Below are positions 61,738-64,000 of a stretch of DNA of 64,000 nucleotides, in pieces. The stretch is from contig NW_024704771.1 in assembly GCF_018977255.1 (NCBI RefSeq), positions 3,782,001 to 3,846,000 of the forward strand, in the 5' to 3' direction. Below the pieces are notes generated by a model. That model worked only from the letters and a program-made list of their open reading frames with translations, searched no databases and was not told the origin of the DNA. A program made the translations under genes and the position numbers. Source of the DNA: Callorhinchus milii. Taxonomy: Eukaryota. Position 1 is the stretch's first letter. Every line of letters begins with the position of its first letter.

Positions 61738-63979
61738 AGAAAGGTACGAGAGACAGACTTTCAGGTCATATTGTTCGCCTGAGCAGAGGAATGGGGTAAG
61801 GTCTTTACTTTTTAATACCAGAGTTTTAATGGAGATAAATTATTCTACCAACAAGATCAGGTGTCTGATTCGCAGCAAGTTACTGAGAGATGAGCAAGAA
61901 GGAAATCTCCAAATCTCAGGTCAGTGACCACATCAGCCTGAGATATTAGTGAGAGTCTGATAGATGTGTCGCGGGTTGTGTAACACATCAAGTGAATACA
62001 AAATCAGTTGAGATGAAGAAAACCCTTCAGTCCATTTGATCTCATCCTCTCAAAATACCAAACCCACCACCTTCCATTCCAGCACCAATCTGTTTCTTAA
62101 ATGTGCCCAGTGACCTGACCCGGCATTAACCTCTTCCAGCAGCTGAGTACTTTGGGTTAAAGATATTTCTTCCTTGTAACTTTCCTAAACTTAACTCATG
62201 TTGGGTGGATGTCCTAAGGCGAATAATAAGATTAACTCATGCATTCATCACATCGAGGCTTGACTATGCAAACTCTTTGGTTGTTGGCCTCCCCAACTCC
62301 TCCTCCTCACGCTGCTGAAACTCTGGTCCACGCCTTTATCACCTCAAGGCTGGACTATGTGAACTCTCCTCGCCGGCCTTCCCGGCCCTCCCTCCACAAT
62401 CTGCAGGTCATTCAGAGCTCTGCAGCTCATGGACTGTCCCGCACCAGGCTTCGCGACCACATCACTCCCACCTTCGCTCGCCTCCACTGGCTCCCCATCC
62501 CCCAGAGGATCGAATTCAAGATCCTCATCTTCACCTACAAGGCCATTCACGGCCTCGCTCCCTCCTACCTCTCTGACCTACTATCCCCCCACGTACCTGC
62601 CCGTACCTTCCGTTCCTCTGGCTCCGGTCTGCTCCGCATCCCCCGCCCCAACCGTCCTACCATTGGTGGCCGGGCCTTCTGCCTCTCAGCCCCGAGGCTC
62701 TAGAACTCTATCCCCCAGTGCCTTCGCCGCTTCCTCCCTTTCCTCCTTCAAGGCCGGTCTCAAGACCTTTCTCTTTGACCGAGCCTTCAGCTCCCCTCTC
62801 GACTCTCTACCCCCTCCTCGCTCCCCCCCTCCCCTCCCCTCACCCTGACCATTTCCCCCACTGCTCGGGTCCTGATCCAACTGTACAGCACCTTGGGACG
62901 TCCTCCCGACGTGACAGGCGCTCTATAAATGGAATCTTGTTGTTGTTGTTGTTCCATAGGCTGCAGATCATCCAGAACTCTACAGCCCGTGTCCTCTCCC
63001 GTACCAGCCTCCATGACCCTATCACCCCCATCCTTGCCTGTTCCACTGGCTTCCCATCAAACAGAGGATACAGTTCAAGATGCTGATCCTCAGCTTCAAA
63101 GCCTTGCGTGGCTTTACTCCCCCCTACTTCTGTGACCTATCCGCTCCCTGCACTTAGTGGGCTCTGGTCTCCTTCACAACCCCTGCCTCAGACGCCCCAC
63201 CATTGGCGGGCAGGCCTTCTGCCACTCTGCCCCCACCCACTGGAACTCCATCTCACCTTGCCCCCCCATTGCCTTCCTTCAAGATCCATCTCAAGAACCT
63301 TCTCTTCGACCATACTTTCAATCACCTGCTTCCCCCGACTGCCCTCCGCCCTCTCTAATCCGGACTCCCAGCTCGGGTCCAAAACATTGACTGTCCAGTT
63401 CCTTGGGATATCCTCCCAACCTGAAAGGTGCTATACAAATGTAATTTTGTTGTTGTTGTTTATTATTATCCTTGCATTTGATATCGCGCTTTTCACGTTT
63501 TCTGGAAGTCTCAAAGTGCTTCACAGAATATACTGTAAAGTTAATTGACTTAATTGTTAATTGTTCCCTTAGTTTAGCACTTCATATATTCGGATAATGA
63601 ATTTTGGGTTGTTTACAATGTCTATTTCCACTCCCTGGATGATGAAGCCATGTTTTCCTCTCTCCCCTCAGTGATTTCTATTAAATAAATTCATATAACA
63701 ATGAGATGTGACATTGCCATCAGCAGAACACAGATCGGATTGAAAGTGTAGCATGTGAGAGGCTTGTGTTGTGTGTAATACAGTCACATAGGGGTAAATA
63801 TGTTATTGTTGTTTGATATCAGAATAGATGTTTAAATCCCTATTTACATCCCTCGACAGACGAGTTCTTTCCCAAAGTGCCAGTGGATGTGGTGGTTTCC
63901 TCAGTGTTCTTAGGACTTGCCATATTGGTGCTGAGTGTTCTTGTCGGCTACAGTGTAAAACAGCGCAGAGAGATCAAAG
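61738..63979 (+). pseudogene. Second butyrophilin-like copy: degenerate 3' half of an IgC exon plus an intact TM exon; continues beyond the window
   Basis: The segment ending at 61919 reads STNKIRCLIRSKLLRDEQEGNLQIS|gtcagt, paralogous to [25 protein letters not shown]|gtcagt of the first gene. Exon 63860-63979 is 120 nt, phase 1, DEFFPKVPVDVVVSSVFLGLAILVLSVLVGYSVKQRREIK, the same length and pattern as TM exon 49470-49589. No leader, IgV or IgC 5' half was found in 58789-61700. An apparent TAA (61797-61799) and frameshift (T5, 61809-61813) lie in the remnant. Confidence 0.65.
62240..62950 (+). mobile_element. Young L2 LINE 3' end; same family at ~14990-15367 (-), 36640-37087 (-), 55915-56345 (-)
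   Basis: AETLVHAFITSRLDY...[35 protein letters not shown]...IGGRAF, followed by a 3' UTR, stem-loop and (TTG)n tail; the copies are nearly identical. Confidence 0.85.
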
Positions 63980-64000
63980 GTAAGTTTCCACCAGTTATGT

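Overview
Eukaryotic vertebrate genomic DNA, most likely a cartilaginous fish. This is inferred from Deu-domain SINEs, shark-type CR1/L2/Penelope remnants and the divergence of the genes; it is not proven. The ORF track is mostly repeat noise, so the real genes were rebuilt by hand from splice sites and reading phase. (1) A single-coding-exon GT31 galactosyltransferase, B3GALT4-like, with one 1-nt frameshift (800-1896, +). (2) A complete 16-coding-exon WDR46 (28470-8437, -). (3) An apparently secreted SOUL/heme-binding-protein family gene in 7 coding exons (32403-39646, +), carrying a 157-codon symmetric low-complexity exon inside the C-terminal end of the domain. (4) A complete butyrophilin-like gene with leader, IgV, IgC, TM, seven micro-exons and B30.2 (43688-58788, +), with an ISRE/kB-like promoter. 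(5) A damaged start of a second butyrophilin-like copy at the window end. B3GALT4 tail-to-tail with WDR46 is the arrangement of the mammalian extended MHC class II region. The rest is dominated by tRNA-Ala-derived SINEs, L2 and CR1 fragments, an unnamed ~400-bp repeat and several minisatellites, one of which is a 20-unit array of RFX X-box-like sites just upstream of WDR46. Interspersed-repeat boundaries are approximate; exon coordinates were counted by hand.
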